From positions 1,686,753 through 1,750,752 of the forward strand of contig MU057560.1 of the NCBI GenBank assembly GCA_013265495.1: DNA of 64,000 nt, written 5' to 3'. Below the pieces are notes generated by a model that worked only from the letters and a program-made list of their open reading frames with translations, was not told the origin of the DNA and searched no databases. This DNA comes from Vicugna vicugna (lineage: Eukaryota). Position 1 is the first letter of the stretch. Every line of letters begins with the position of its first letter. Below are positions 1 through 12,342 of the stretch, one piece after another. The position numbers were made by a program, and so were the translations under genes.

Positions 1-46
1 TCTTTAAATTTAACAGTCTCACCCTAGCTGTTCCCAGCGTTACTGC

Positions 47-250
47 TTATTGAACCAGAGCCGGTCTACAGCGTTGTGTTAGTTTCCGGTGTTCAGCACA
101 GCGACTCAGCCAGACATACACACACATAGACTCCTTTCCACACTCTTTTCCATCATAGGCCATTGCAAGGAATTGAGTGTAGCTCCCTGTGCTGCCCAGC
201 AGGACCTGTTGTTTATCTGTTTGATGTGTAGGCGTTAGTTTCTCCCCAGT
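47..250 (-). mobile_element. L1 3'-UTR fragment (cetartiodactyl-type), GC-shifted
   Basis: ttattgaa..tacagcgttgtgttagtttccggtgttcagcacagcgactcag..ccctgtgctgcccagcaggacctgttgtttatc aligns by eye with the L1 3' end at 38814-39000. Confidence 0.8.
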
Positions 251-404
251 GTTAATGAACACTCATTGTAGACATCATTTCACCTTCCAAACAGCAACCA
301 GATGAAGTGGCCAGATTTCTCTAGATTTTTTAATTTTTTGCCAGCAGAAATAGTACACGGTGAGTGCTTTGTTCAGAAGGTTTTGCCCAAATGGAGTAGA
401 CAGC

Positions 405-680
405 AGCATTTATCGTGTTTACTGTGCGCCTCACACCATGCTTTCCAAGCATGATCTCATTTAAAGGCCACAATAATCTTATTGGGTAAAAGTTATTATT
501 GCTCATATTCCCTAAATAAGAAGCTGAAGCTGAGAGCGATGACCAAGAGGCACAGTGACGTCTGCTGAGCGCCCGTCATGTGCCGTCTCTGCGGTGCTCG
601 CCGGCTGTCACCTGCCCCGTGGGGAGGATGTCACTGCTGTCCTCCCCGCTTCACAGGTGAGGACACAGAGGCAGCGGCTC
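405..680 (-). mobile_element. MIR SINE remnants (probably two)
   Basis: MIR-like motifs gcatttatcgtgtttactgtg..atctcattta..aagctgaagctgagag and ttcacaggtgaggacacagaggc. Confidence 0.55.
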
Positions 681-3600
681 CGGGAGGAGCTTCCCCGGGC
701 TGCACACCCCACCTGAGCGGGAGCGGAGACCTGAGCTGCTGGCTTCGGAGACAGGCTCGTCACCACCCCGGAGCGCGGGCGGCTGGCGGAGCGGAGGAAC
801 TGACACTGTGTCCTCAGGACACCTTCCCAGAGGCCATCGCCGCCCTGGAGGCACTAGACCCTCCACAGCACCCACCAGGTCACACTCTGCTCCGGAAAGC
901 GTGACTCTGCCCGTTTGCGCAAGGGCCTGGTGTCTGTTTCCATCTTGCAGAAGCAGCAGCAGTACGTGCTTACACACTGAGTCTTCTGCTCCGGGGGCTT
1001 CCTAACCGATGCGCCTGCGTTTAGATATTGCCCACGTGGTACCAACCTCAACACCCGCCACTGGGCGTGGCTTCTTTCCCTCACCTCTGTGGCTCCCGGT
1101 GGCTTTCACATGTCCCACCAGCAGACCTGGGGGCATCCGTGCCTGAGTGACCTCCTGCAGGGACGGGAAACAGAGAAGGAGTCAAGGGAAAGGGAAGGGA
1201 GAAGAGACAGGAGGAGGCAAGGTCGCTCCCTTCAGCAGGAGGAAAACCTGGCGGCGGGAGATGCGGAGCAGAGGTTCTAAACCATGTCTAGGAGCGGGGT
1301 CACCTCTCTGCAGATGTGGGGTCTGGGGAGGATGACCTGCCCACGCGGCGGGGAGCGGCGGGCACCTGCCTGCGGGTGAGCTCACCGGCCAGGGCTAAAT
1401 TTATCCCTAATCAGAATGCAGGACTCTGAAAATTTCTGTGAACACCCCCAGCTCTCAGGATGCATTTCATTTGCCTCCAGAAAACCGTGACACTGTGTTT
1501 GTAGGAAGGAGAAAGAGGATTTTTATAAACAAACTCACGACAGGTTTTAAGGACATCAGGGGGAACTCACTACGAAACACTAATAATTTCAGTGTAAACG
1601 AATCTAAAACACATAGATAAAATTGCTCCTAGATTGCATATGCATTTTTTAAAAAATCAAAACAAAAAAATGCCTTGGGCATAACATATTCTATTTTTAT
1701 TTTGAATTTTCGTAAGTGTCTATCACAGCAGCCTCTGAGGAGAGACACAAAAACATAAATGTAGTTAGTGACCAAATCAGCAGCAGGACCTGCGAGCCCC
1801 AAACCTCAGGCCCCCCCATTCTCGCCCCTTAATTTGTTGAAATATCCATTTCCAGTTCAGGATGGAACAGCCGGAGCCCCCGCTCCCTCGCTGGAGGGAG
1901 CATCGCCCTTCCTGGCAGGCGCCGAACGCGGGCTGCTGTTTACAGAGCGCCTGGGGGACGTCCCGGGCAGCTCCGATGTCGGGTGTAACCACAGACCTTC
2001 TCAGATGATGTCAGCTGGGTTGGCACCCTGCCAAGGCCCGAGAACGCAATACGTCACTTAAAGAAAACAAAGGAAGTTGAAGATGGTGAGCGATGAAGCC
2101 GATTAGCTAATCACAGCTGGGTCAGATGGGCAGCGGCTTTGCTCTCGGCACCGCGCAAAGGTGGTTGCAATCCACACGGACACGGACCTGCATCTCAGGG
2201 GGTTTGGACAAAAGACAAGTGGGGTCAACATCGGTGGACACAGAGACCAGTTCCACTCCCGCTTTATAAGCCATCTGGACGGCTGAGCCCCTCTAGAACG
2301 CAGCACTTAGAGAGCCCGCAGGGACACCGCCAGGACGCAGGACAGACAGGCGGCATTAGGCAGACGAGGGGCGCGTGCCTGAGCCTGGTCCCCATTCCCC
2401 GCTTCGCAGGCAGCGCTGTGTGTCTGGGAGGGTTACCTGTCTGACGCCCCTACTTGCTGCTTTCTCACGCGGTTAGCCGTACATCGCTTTATCCTTATCT
2501 CTCCCCCAAAGTAGAGATTACCACTCGGTTTTGAAGACGTGATGTCTGAGTTCCAGGCCACTTCACATTTATGCAGTTTACCGAGCTGGGACTTGGATCT
2601 GAAACTGAGTCAGCCTGACCTCAGGTTCTCCGCCCAGGACCCCTGGCAGTGGCCCCGCCGCCGTTCAGCCTGGCGTGTTTGTCCACTGCCCCTGATGCAG
2701 AGACGCTCGTGGGGAGGTTTCTCCCCCTGTGCCTCCAACTCCTTGCTCCTAAGAGGAGCCCATTCACTCAGGAAGGCCTTCTGATGGAACAGGATGCGGA
2801 GAGACTGGCCTGTCACTACCGGGTGAAAGACTGACACGTAAGGGACTCACAGGTCGTGTCCAAAGACAAAAGTGCTCCGAGCAGCTGTTGAGCAGGGGGA
2901 GAGGGGACTTGAGTGAATGAAGGAACGAGAGAATGAATGAATGGTTTCTCATTCCTAGAGAGTATGTTCTCCAAGCAGGGCGCCTCCGCACGGCCGTGGA
3001 CGCGGCGAGGGCACACTCAGGGCGCGTCGCGCTCCCCCTGCTCCCAGGAGAACACGGCTCGAGGGTGCTCTCGTGCCGCTTTCATCAACTCCTTTCACAC
3101 TTTCTGTTTTGCTCTCTCTGTCTCACTTTGCCTCAGTTTTGTTATATACCAATTTTTTAAAAACTTTTCCCTCACACTAGCTTCCTCGTTCATGGGGCCA
3201 GCATTTCTCCAAACAGCCTTTTCTCCTTGTCTCCTCAAAGCTCCTTTAGTCTGAAAGCATCTTGCTGTGCCTTCTAGGATGCCTGAAATGCGTAGATCTC
3301 GGTGAAAACGGCTGCGTCACAACCACCTCCAACTTCGGACCCGCCCCTTAGCCGGCTGCCCTCAGAAGGGCGATCTGAGTGTCGGCAGCCCTCCCCGCGA
3401 CCTGTGCTCCCGCGACCTGCCGCCCCGCCAGTCTGGCGGGGAAGAGTCTAAAACTTCCCCGGGGAGACAGCTCGGCGCTCCCCGCAGCTGCTCCAGCAGA
3501 GGGTTCCGAGCGCCCACAGGGCCGCTGGCCATCAAAGCCGTGTCAGTCACCAAGCACGAGACCCGAGGCACGCCTTTGACGTGTCCCCCCGCCCCCCGCT

Positions 3601-5286
3601 CATCCTCCTCCTCCAAACTCCACGTGTTCTAACCCCAAAGCCTCTCTCTCATCGGCATCTTCCTCCGCGTTCTCGTCCTCCGAGGCCACGCTTCGCTCCT
3701 GTGCACGCCGCTCTCAGTGAACGCACTTCACCGCACGCCCCGCGGGGAGGAGGCTGTCGTGGGGGCCTGACTTGTGCTCGCGGTGGCCAGTCGGCGTGGA
3801 GCCACAGCGTGAGGACGCTGTGTCCCAACCAGAGAGCACCTGGGGGCGTAGGAGCGGAGGGGACTCTGTGAGTAGCATCTTTCTCCTCCTTTTCCACAAA
3901 ATCATTTATTTCGCTAATGGGCTGAAATCCCTTGAATACGGCTCGGATAATAGGTGGGCTCCTGGACTGTGAAAATTGTTTTCCAGGGGGCTGTGAACTC
4001 CAAGGGCTCTGAATTAAGAATAAAATCCAACTGCAGAGGAGAGAGGTTTTCCCGATGAGGCAAGAGCTGGATGGCCAGCGATGGGTCAGCCAGAGACAAG
4101 ACTGCAGGAATTGCGGACGGGGGGTGGCTGGCTTCCCAAGCCCCCAACATGAAGATGCCAATTAAGGATGCACTTCTACACACGAGACTCTTTACGGAAC
4201 AGAAATAAGACGTGATAACCACCCAGAGCCTACTGTGGAACAGCAGGGAGGCGATCAAGGAGGCCTGGCGCCCAGGAAAGCGGCCGCTGGAGTGTTGCGT
4301 GTCCTCTGACAGCGGTGGCTGAGGGGCACCGGACTGCGACGAGGGAGGAGGCAGCTCTGTGCGCAGCACGAGAGCACACACACCTGAGCATCTAAGGGGG
4401 AACAGGGCCAGCTCTGCCCGCAGAAATCCACGGGGCTTCGTTCGCAGGCCACGGGGCCCCTGGAGGACTGAGGACGGCCACACACTTTGTCCATCAGAGG
4501 AAAGACGCAAGCTTGATCCATAGCTTTCGTCGCCATTTAACAGGTGGCCGCCAGCTGTCGTGGCTTCCGGGGTCTGGGGAGTTACCCAGTGATCGCTGAA
4601 CACTGCGCTAGTGCACGCGACAAAAGCCCTAGAAACCCCCTGTGCTGCTGTTTGCTTCCCGTGTCCCTCCGTAAAAAGAGGACACTGAACCAGATCACTG
4701 GGGCAGCCCCTGGAGCTGAAGCTTCAAGGACGGAGTGCTGCAGTGACGCCAGCGGACCGTGACGCCTGGCCCGGCTTTGGAGCGCAGCCCCACCAGCTCT
4801 GCTGTCAGCTCGGGTAAATCCGTTACCTTGTTTGAGCCTTGGGCTCCTGCCAAACTACTTGCCTCATAGGGACGCTACAGAGAAATGAAGAACGGGTGCT
4901 GAGTACCCAGCCTGTGGGGCCCCCAGGTCACCGTCAAGCTGCCGTTTGGATTCCCTGAAACCAGCTTTTCTGACCTAATCTGGTGACTGCGGCGGCTCTA
5001 AGTCCCAGGTGTCAGCAGCGTAACACGATGACAGTTCCCTCTCGCTGTGGGAAGCGCAGTGTGGCCATTCCTGGCAGCCTTTGTGCCCAGGAGGGAGGCA
5101 GGGACCCAGGTCCCCCCCGCCTTCGACACCCGCTCCGAGCCTGTGGTTTGCGAGGTCACCACAAATGGGAGACAGACACGGCCCCTCGGCCTGGAGCTGG
5201 CCTCTTCCTTCCTCACGTTGCGCTGGCCGAAACTCGTCACCCACTGTCACCCAGACACACGAACCTGAGGAGGGCAGACAGCCCTT

Positions 5287-6530
5287 CTGCCAATTAGACA
5301 CTGAAAAAATGCTAACACTGGCTTTATGACAAATAGTTTACAAAGTGAACAGAAACTCAGGAGAAACAGCACAAAGAAATATTAAGTGGTTTATAAGCTT
5401 CCACTTGTGTTATCATGAAGGTCAAGTCACAGACCCCTTCTGAAGAAATGAGAAATACACTGCCTGCCGCTACGGAGCGGGTGGGCACCCGAGGACCACG
5501 CAACACGGCGTCTGAAGGCACGTCCTTCGCCGTCAGCGAAGCTTCTCAAAACACTGATCTCATCTTTTATTACCTTTGACTTAAGCCTAAACTCACAATG
5601 TGGTAATTTTTAATAAGAAAGTGACGTGAACATACAGGAAACAGCAGCAATAACGCCCGTCTCTGAGGAGCTCTTTCAGGCACTTGGACAACGAGCAGGT
5701 CTACACAGTGCGCTGCTTTCTCACGCGATGAGAGTTACGGATACCACGGATGAGATTGTCTTGGCGGGTGTGCTACTTGGCTACTTGCTGCCGTGAAAAA
5801 CTGCCACCAGCTCAGCGGCTCAAAGCCCGCAGGTTTACTGTCTTGCATTCGTGGAGACCAGAGGCCGCCGTGGGCCTCCCTGGCTCCCACGGACGTGTCA
5901 GCGGCGCACTGCCAATTAGACACTGAAAAAATGCTAACACTGGCTTTATGACAAATAGTTTACAAAGTGAACAGAAACTCAGGAGAAACAGCACAAAGAA
6001 ATATTAAGTGGTTTATAAGCTTCCACTTGTGTTATCATGAAGGTCAAGTCACAGACCCCTTCTGAAGAAATGAGAAATACACTGCCTGCCGCTACGGAGC
6101 GGGTGGGCACCCGAGGACCACGCAACACGGCGTCTGAAGGCACGTCCTTCGCCGTCAGCGAAGCTTCTCAAAACACTGATCTCATCTTTTATTACCTTTG
6201 ACTTAAGCCTAAACTCACAATGTGGTAATTTTTAGTAAGAAAGTGACGTGAACATACAGGAAACAGCAGCAATAACGCTCGTCTCTGAGGAGCTCTTCCA
6301 GGCACTTGGACAACGAGCAGGTCTACACAGTGCACTGCTTTCTCACGCGATGAGAGTTACGGATACCACGGATGAGATTGTCTTGGCGGGTGTGCTACTT
6401 GGCTACTTGCTGCCGTGAAAAACTGCCACCAGCTCAGCGGCTCAAAGCCCGCAGGTTTACTGTCTTGCATTCGTGGAGACCAGAGGCCGCCGTGGGCCTC
6501 CCTGGCTCCCACGGACGTGTCAGCGGCGCA
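5287..6530. repeat. Tandem duplication, 2 x 622 bp (5287-5908, 5909-6530)
   Basis: Base-by-base comparison: identical except 5613/6235 a/g, 5657/6279 c/t, 5676/6298 t/c, 5712/6334 g/a. ORF track gives matching ORF ends at 5735 and 6357 (offset 622). Confidence 0.97.
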
Positions 6531-6864
6531 GCTCCTGTCTGCCCGGGTGGACTGCTCCCTCGCCTCCTCCGTCTTCCCTGGGCACCTGTCCTCCACGGCT
6601 CCTGGCCCTTCCTCCACCTTCAGAGTCAGGAAGAGCGCCTTCTGATATGCTCCCCTCTGCGTCCTGGTCACACGGCCTTTCCACTCGGCCCCTTCTGCCT
6701 TCCTCTCAGAAGGACCCTTGTGACTGCGCTGGGACCACCTCACAGTTATCGTCATCACCCACCTCAGCTGCAGCTGGGCAGCACCTTCACCATGTGGGGC
6801 ACAGTCACAGCTTCTGGGGATCCGGACACGGGCCTCTTCAGGGGGCCTTGTGGAACTGACCACA
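6390..6864 (-). mobile_element. MaLR solo LTR (MLT1D-like); truncated duplicate at ~5768-5908
   Basis: ttgctgccgtgaaaaactgccaccagctcagcggctcaaa..cctggcccttcctccaccttcagagtcag..aaggacccttgtgactgc..cacagcttctggggat..tgaccaca. Confidence 0.75.
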
Positions 6865-7649
6865 GCCGGTCAAGAAGGGACGCACGACTGCTGCAGCTCT
6901 AACACTTCACAGACCTGATAGACTTGTGTTAAGCATGGAGACGTCACACAGCCCTCCCGGAGCCCGAGGAGCAGTGAACGCTGCTGCTGCGCGGGTGTGA
7001 CAGCTGTGCCCACAGCACAGGGCAACGCGAGTGGAGCGATGCAAAGCCAAGAACTTAGTCTTCAGTCCAGGAGGAGGGACAGCTGGCAGGCAGCCGTGGA
7101 GGGCAGGCTGCTGGACGACCCCCTGAAAGCAATGATAAACCTTAGACAAAATATCTCAAAAGCAGGAGGAGATGCCACATTGAAAACACAGGAAGGCAAC
7201 GGAGAGATTTGTGAGTTTGCACCTTTTTCCTGTGGGGCCTCCTTCCACCCACGTGTGGCCCAGAGCAGAGCATCTGGAAAGTGAGGGTGAAATGCTGGAT
7301 GCGGGGGAGCCACTGAGAGCGAGCACCAAGACCTGCCGTAAACTCCACCCAAACCACTGGTGGACGCCTGAAATGTGCAGGGGGGCCCCAGGGGACCCCC
7401 CCCCACACACACACACAGACAACCACGCAGCAACTGAAGATGGAAAGAACTGAGTGTGAACTTCAGCTGCTGCCAATGGAGGGAAAGACCGAGAGGTGAG
7501 CGTCTGCGCGCAGACAAGTTCACGGCCGCTGATTCAATGTGCTTCAGCGAAACAGAAATGAAGTCTCTACAATGTGTCCTTCTTAAAGTTCAGGTTCCAG
7601 TTTTAACAACCCCTAGTCATGAAAAGAAACAGGGAACTGCGACCCAAGT

Positions 7650-10060
7650 CAAGACCAGAAAGAAATACGAAAGTCAACAGAGGCTAAACCCAGATTCCCC
7701 AACGCTGACGTGAGCCGGCAAGCCCCGCGGAGCCGCTCCTGTAAACGAGCCCGAGGGCGCGGAGGACGCGCACTCACGGAACGCGACCGATCGGGGAGGC
7801 CACGCGGACGCTCTCAGGGCAAGACGCGCAGCATCGGGGACGAGACGCTGCCGGGGGGCTTAATAGCAAACTGGGGGCAACAGGGGGGAAACAGGAGTAG
7901 CGCAGTCTGAAGAAGAGAGGAATAAATAAAGAGCGAGCGCAGGTAGGAAATGGCGGAGAAGACCACGCGCACATGAGCAAAGTAAATAAGAAGGAGACTG
8001 CAATTAGGCCCCATCATAAATCCTGCTAAACCACGCACTTGCCAGACCCTGAAGTGAAAGGCAAACTCTTCCAGACTTTGCACCTAGAGAGCAGCAATGC
8101 ATTTCACACGGGGAAGAAATGGCAGAAATGACGCTGACTTTCTCATCAGACATGATGGAGCCAGAAGACAATGAAACTGCGTTTCTGAAGTGCTAAAAAA
8201 AAATTAATCCAGAAATCTATGCCCAATGGAAAATGTCCTTGAAAAATAAGGATTAAAAAAAGACATATCAGATAAAAAAGAAAACTAAACTTTTCTCTGA
8301 ACGACCTGAGCCATAAGAAACGCCGAGGGAGCTTCTCTGGGCCTAAGGAAGCAGCACCAGGTCGACGGTGACGTAGGTTCACATGAGCGAATAAAGAGCT
8401 CTAGGTCCGGCAGGTGTGTCAGTAAATATGAAAGACTGTAAATAGGTTTTCTTTTTCTCGTGATTTATTTAGATTGCACATTACCGTTTAAAGCAAAAAT
8501 TTAAAGACTGTGCAGGGAACAACAACGTTTGTACATGTACTTCGTGTTGTAACACAGAAGTTGTGCTGGGGACCCTGGCCAGTGAAATGAGGCGAGAAAA
8601 ACCAGCGGCACCTGGGCAGACAGGAGGCAGGCAGCCTTTCCCGCCGCTGCCACGCCTGTCTGTGTAGGACAAGGACTTTCAGAACAACCCCAGGAACGAA
8701 TAAGGCCACAGATATGAGGCCACTGTGTGAAGAGAAATGTTATTTCTCATTCCAACAGCAAAAGAAGGAAAATAAGATTTTTAAAAATTCCCTTACAGCA
8801 GACTTGAGAAAATACTTAGATGTAAACATGAAAAGGAGCAAGTTTTCTATATTTAAAAAAAGTAATATATTAATTCTAAGTCAACAGTGATAAAATATAC
8901 GTACTGTAATCCATAAAGCAAACTCCTAAAATGTTTTTTAAAAAAAGATAAAATAAATTTAAATGAATTTGAAGTGGTAGGTAAAACATATGTGATTAAC
9001 TCAAATGGTAGGAAAAAAAACTAGAACAGGAACAAAAACCAGATGAGACCCCACTCTGCAAAAAAAAAAAAAAAGTTAATAATATGAGAGACTTAAAAAA
9101 TCATATCGAAGATCACATTGGGTATAAATGGACAACACCCCAAATGGAGTCAAAAGAGGCAGAAGTGGACAGAACCGAGTTTATAATTAACCCAGGGCCC
9201 GAAATTAACCCGCTTGTAAAAATGGAGTCGATACAGAATCGTGTGTGTTGAAACTCTGTTGCGTGGCATGAGCACAGCAAAGAGAGTTTCATTAAATAAC
9301 GCGCTAAACAAATTACACAGGAACCTGCAAACCCCAGACAAACACCCAGACCCGTTGAGTCTTTATCGTGGGTTTAGTCTGTGGTTTAACTGACAGCGGA
9401 GCGTCAGGGAAGAGTTTATCTTCCCCGACTTCTGTCCACACCGTTCAGCCCGCGGGGGACCTGACACGGTGTGGAGGCGCCGGCTAGGCGCCGGCCCCCG
9501 GGAAGCCCTGGCCCCTCGGAGCCGCAGGGCGCGCGGGCCCAGCCCCACCACTGCCTCGGAGCCCTGGCCTCCCGTCAAAGCGAAAGCCAGCATCCACCTC
9601 TGGGAAAGAAAATGGCCCAGAAAGGGGCAGGCGCGCCCTCAGACAACAGGTCTGTCACAGGATTTTTAAAAATAACCAAGGCACAGAAGACACACTTTGG
9701 GGCCCCGATAATAAGCATCAGACGCTCACAGCAGAGGGAAAGCTAACCAGCGACTCTCTCTTTCTCTGACATTTTGAAAAGTTCAGTAGATTCATGAGGG
9801 ACTGAAGAGAGGAAAACACAACTTCATGATTTTAAAAGGGGCAAAGCCCGCGTCCGAGGCCCTGCAGGCGCCGCGAGCCCCGGGGAGGCTGGGAGGCGGT
9901 GCGGGCAGAGCCCTTGGCAAAGCGGAGCGGGACGCAGGCGACTGGGCGGGAGGCGCCGGCAGCGAGAGCCTGGAGAGGCCTCTGCAAGCCACTGTTCCTG
10001 CAAAGAACAAAACGCTGCCTTTTCCGAGGAGCGTTCGACAGTGTCCTCCTTCACTGACAC
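7650..10060 (+). mobile_element. Old degraded L1 (ORF1, inter-ORF and ORF2 5' remnants)
   Basis: A-rich plus strand; L1 ORF1-like DNA tcagacatgatggagccagaagacaatg..gaagtgctaaaaaaaa..gaaaatgtccttgaaaaataag..aagacatatcagataaa; no intact frame; boundaries approximate. Confidence 0.65.
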
Positions 10061-10719
10061 AGAAGCCCGCAGTCCAAGACGACGACTGGGTTTAGAGGTC
10101 TAAGGAGGAGGCACAGGGAACCGTGCTTCAGCTGCCGTGGCCTGACTCAGGGAAACGTGGGTGATTCTGAGGCTTATTGTGAAGACAGAAGCACAGCTAG
10201 GGGCCAGAAGCATTTCCTGGTGACCTCATATTAATTGTTCAAGGTAAGCATCACTCAGTGAAAGGGACACCAGTTCAGCCAAGCGCACCTGCATCAGAGG
10301 GAAAACCTAGTCATGCAGAGGCTGTGAACCCTGCAAAGCTACAGAGCCACCTCCGGGCTGGGGGGTAAAGAGCACAGAACAGTCATATCCCACCCCCACC
10401 GCCGCACGCACACGCCCAGCTCACCTCTACTCCACTCTCTGCCATACGCCGCACTTCTGAAAAATCTTTCCCCTCGCCACCAGCACCGCAAGCCTTAATC
10501 CGATAGAAGCGAGATTAGGTATCATGTGTGAGCTTTTCTGCAGCAGTCTAATTTTTCATTGTCTCTAAGAAGAAACATTTCACCCAGTGCTGAGCTCACG
10601 GCAAACACGTGCTCTTGGCCACCCACCTAAAACACCCTTCAGCTGCAGCATCGTTGTGTCGGGCACTGCAGCATCCGGAACCAGCTCCTCTCGCTCGGAG
10701 TAGAACAGGGTATAACCGC

Positions 10720-11010
10720 GGTACGGCTCTTCACTTGGCTCATGATGACCATGTTAATGGAGTGTTTCCAAGGTGTGAGGACTTCACAAAGTTGTGCAAT
10801 CCCGTGGCCATGGTGTTATCACCTTAGAAAATGAGAAAATTCAGCCACAGAGTGATACGAACTTTTGCACAAGGTATTCTAATATTTTTCTCTAATTTAT
10901 TCAACAATAATTACACCTGTAAGGGTCCCTGTGTTCACTTCTGGGTCTACCAAAACAGACAACTTAAATACAGTCCCCGAGCTCCTGAAACTTACAACCT
11001 AGAGAGGCGC
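10720..11010 (-). mobile_element. MIR (10720-10875) and L2 3' end (10897-11010) remnants
   Basis: aaatgagaaaattcagccacagag..ttgcacaagg (MIR core); ttattcaacaa..cagtccccgagctcctgaaacttacaacctag (L2 tail). Confidence 0.5.
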
Positions 11011-11044
11011 ATACAGGCAGGCCGACAGCAGCTGTAGGACCCGG

Positions 11045-11865
11045 GCCAGTGTTTGAGCTCCTCTGAGCTTCCTCTCTTCATCTGTGGAAAGAGAAGCAAA
11101 TGTTAAAGACTGCATCTTAAATCTGAAAAGGAATTGAAAAGTCTGCAATGATAGATGCTGGAGAGGGTGTGGAGAAAAGGGAACCCTCCTACACTGCTGG
11201 TGGGAATGCAGCTTGGTGCAGCCACTATGGAGGACAGTTTGGAGGTTCCTTAAAAAACTGAAAATAGACTTACCATGTGATCCAGCAATCCCACTCCTGG
11301 GCATACATCCAGAGAAAAATAAAATTCCAAAAGACACACACACCCCAGCATTCACAGCAGCACTATATACAGCAGCCAAAGAAACAACCCAAATGTCCAT
11401 CGACAGATGAATGGATAAAGAAGATGTGGTATATCTATACAGTGGAACACTATTCAGCCATAAAAAAGAATCAAATAATGCCATTTGCAGCAATATGAAT
11501 GGACCTGAAGACTGTCATTCAAAGTGAAGTGGGCCAGAAAGAGAAAGAAAAATGCCATATGATATCATTTATATGAGGAATCTAAAACAATAATAACAAT
11601 AAAAATAAGGACACAAATGAACTAATTATTATTTTGACGTCTTGAATATCTGTAAGCACATCTGACTGTCCTTTATGATTGGATTACCGCATTCTGTTGA
11701 TTCTTATTTTGTAGTTGGCGTTAGTCCTTTGATAACTATGTAAGTTTACAAAGCTAAAGATCTAATCTGTTCTTAGGGGAAAAAAAGAAAAGAAAAGGAA
11801 TTAAATAGGCCAACATGTAAAGTATAAAGTAGCACCTGTTGATTCGTGCTCAATAAATACTAGGA
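11045..11865 (+). mobile_element. MIR split by an L1 insertion (11045-11135 and 11803-11865)
   Basis: ctctgagcttcctctcttcatctgtggaaa on the left; ggaattaaataggccaacatgtaaag..gctcaataaatactag on the right. Confidence 0.6.
11136..11791 (+). mobile_element. 5'-truncated young L1 (ORF2 C-terminus + 3' region) with TSD and atypical 3' segment
   Basis: ORF 11213-11410 [32 protein letters not shown] and 11277-11498 [29 protein letters not shown] are the L1 ORF2 C-terminus with frameshifts; TSD gaaaaggaatt at 11125-11135 and 11792-11802; A-rich tail. Confidence 0.93.
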
Positions 11866-11874
11866 GGTACTAGG

Positions 11875-12140
11875 ACTAGCAGTGGTGACAGTAAGCTTAG
11901 GTGTGGCTGAAGCAGGCGCAGTGGCGGTAACAGAGCACCAGTGACAGTGGCAGGAGGAGCAGCAGTGACAGTTGTAAGAGTAGTAACAGTGGTGGGAGCA
12001 GTGACAGTGGTGTGAGTAGTAACAGTAACAGCTCAGTGGCAGTAACAGTGGTGGGAGCAGTGACAGTGGCAGCTGTGGTGACAGTGGTGGACGTAGCACC
12101 AGCAGCACCAGCAGCACCAGCAGGAGGAGCAGCCGCAGCA
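11875..12140. repeat. Degenerate (CAGTGG/CAGTAA)n and (CAGCACCAG)n simple repeat
   Basis: gtaacagtggtgggagcagtgacagtgg occurs twice; agcaccagc units. Confidence 0.85.
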
Positions 12141-12151
12141 CGTGGGTTGGA

Positions 12152-12166
12152 GCTGCCCTCTGGTGG
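12152..12166 (-). promoter_or_regulatory. CTCF core motif CCACCAGAGGGCAGC
   Basis: Full match to CCASYAGRKGGCRS on the minus strand; binding untested. Confidence 0.6.
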
Positions 12167-12342
12167 CTTCAGCGAGAGTTGCTGGGCGCCAGAGCTGGAC
12201 GGCGGGTCGGGGGGGCGTCTGCAGGGCCTCCTCCGTCTCTATCTGCTCCTCCCCACTTTCTTCTTTCCCCTGACCCTCCCAGGGAACTCAGGGCTGCTTC
12301 TCTTTGGCAGGGATGACTCCACTCACACCTGCTGCAGTACAC

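Noticed and set aside
3649..4603. Overlapping minus ORFs of 170 and 229 aa
   Set aside because: No recognisable homology or convincing exon structure; stop-poor GC-rich sequence
10999..11498. ORFs resembling database 'hypothetical proteins'
   Set aside because: Sense and antisense translations of a frameshifted L1 ORF2 end
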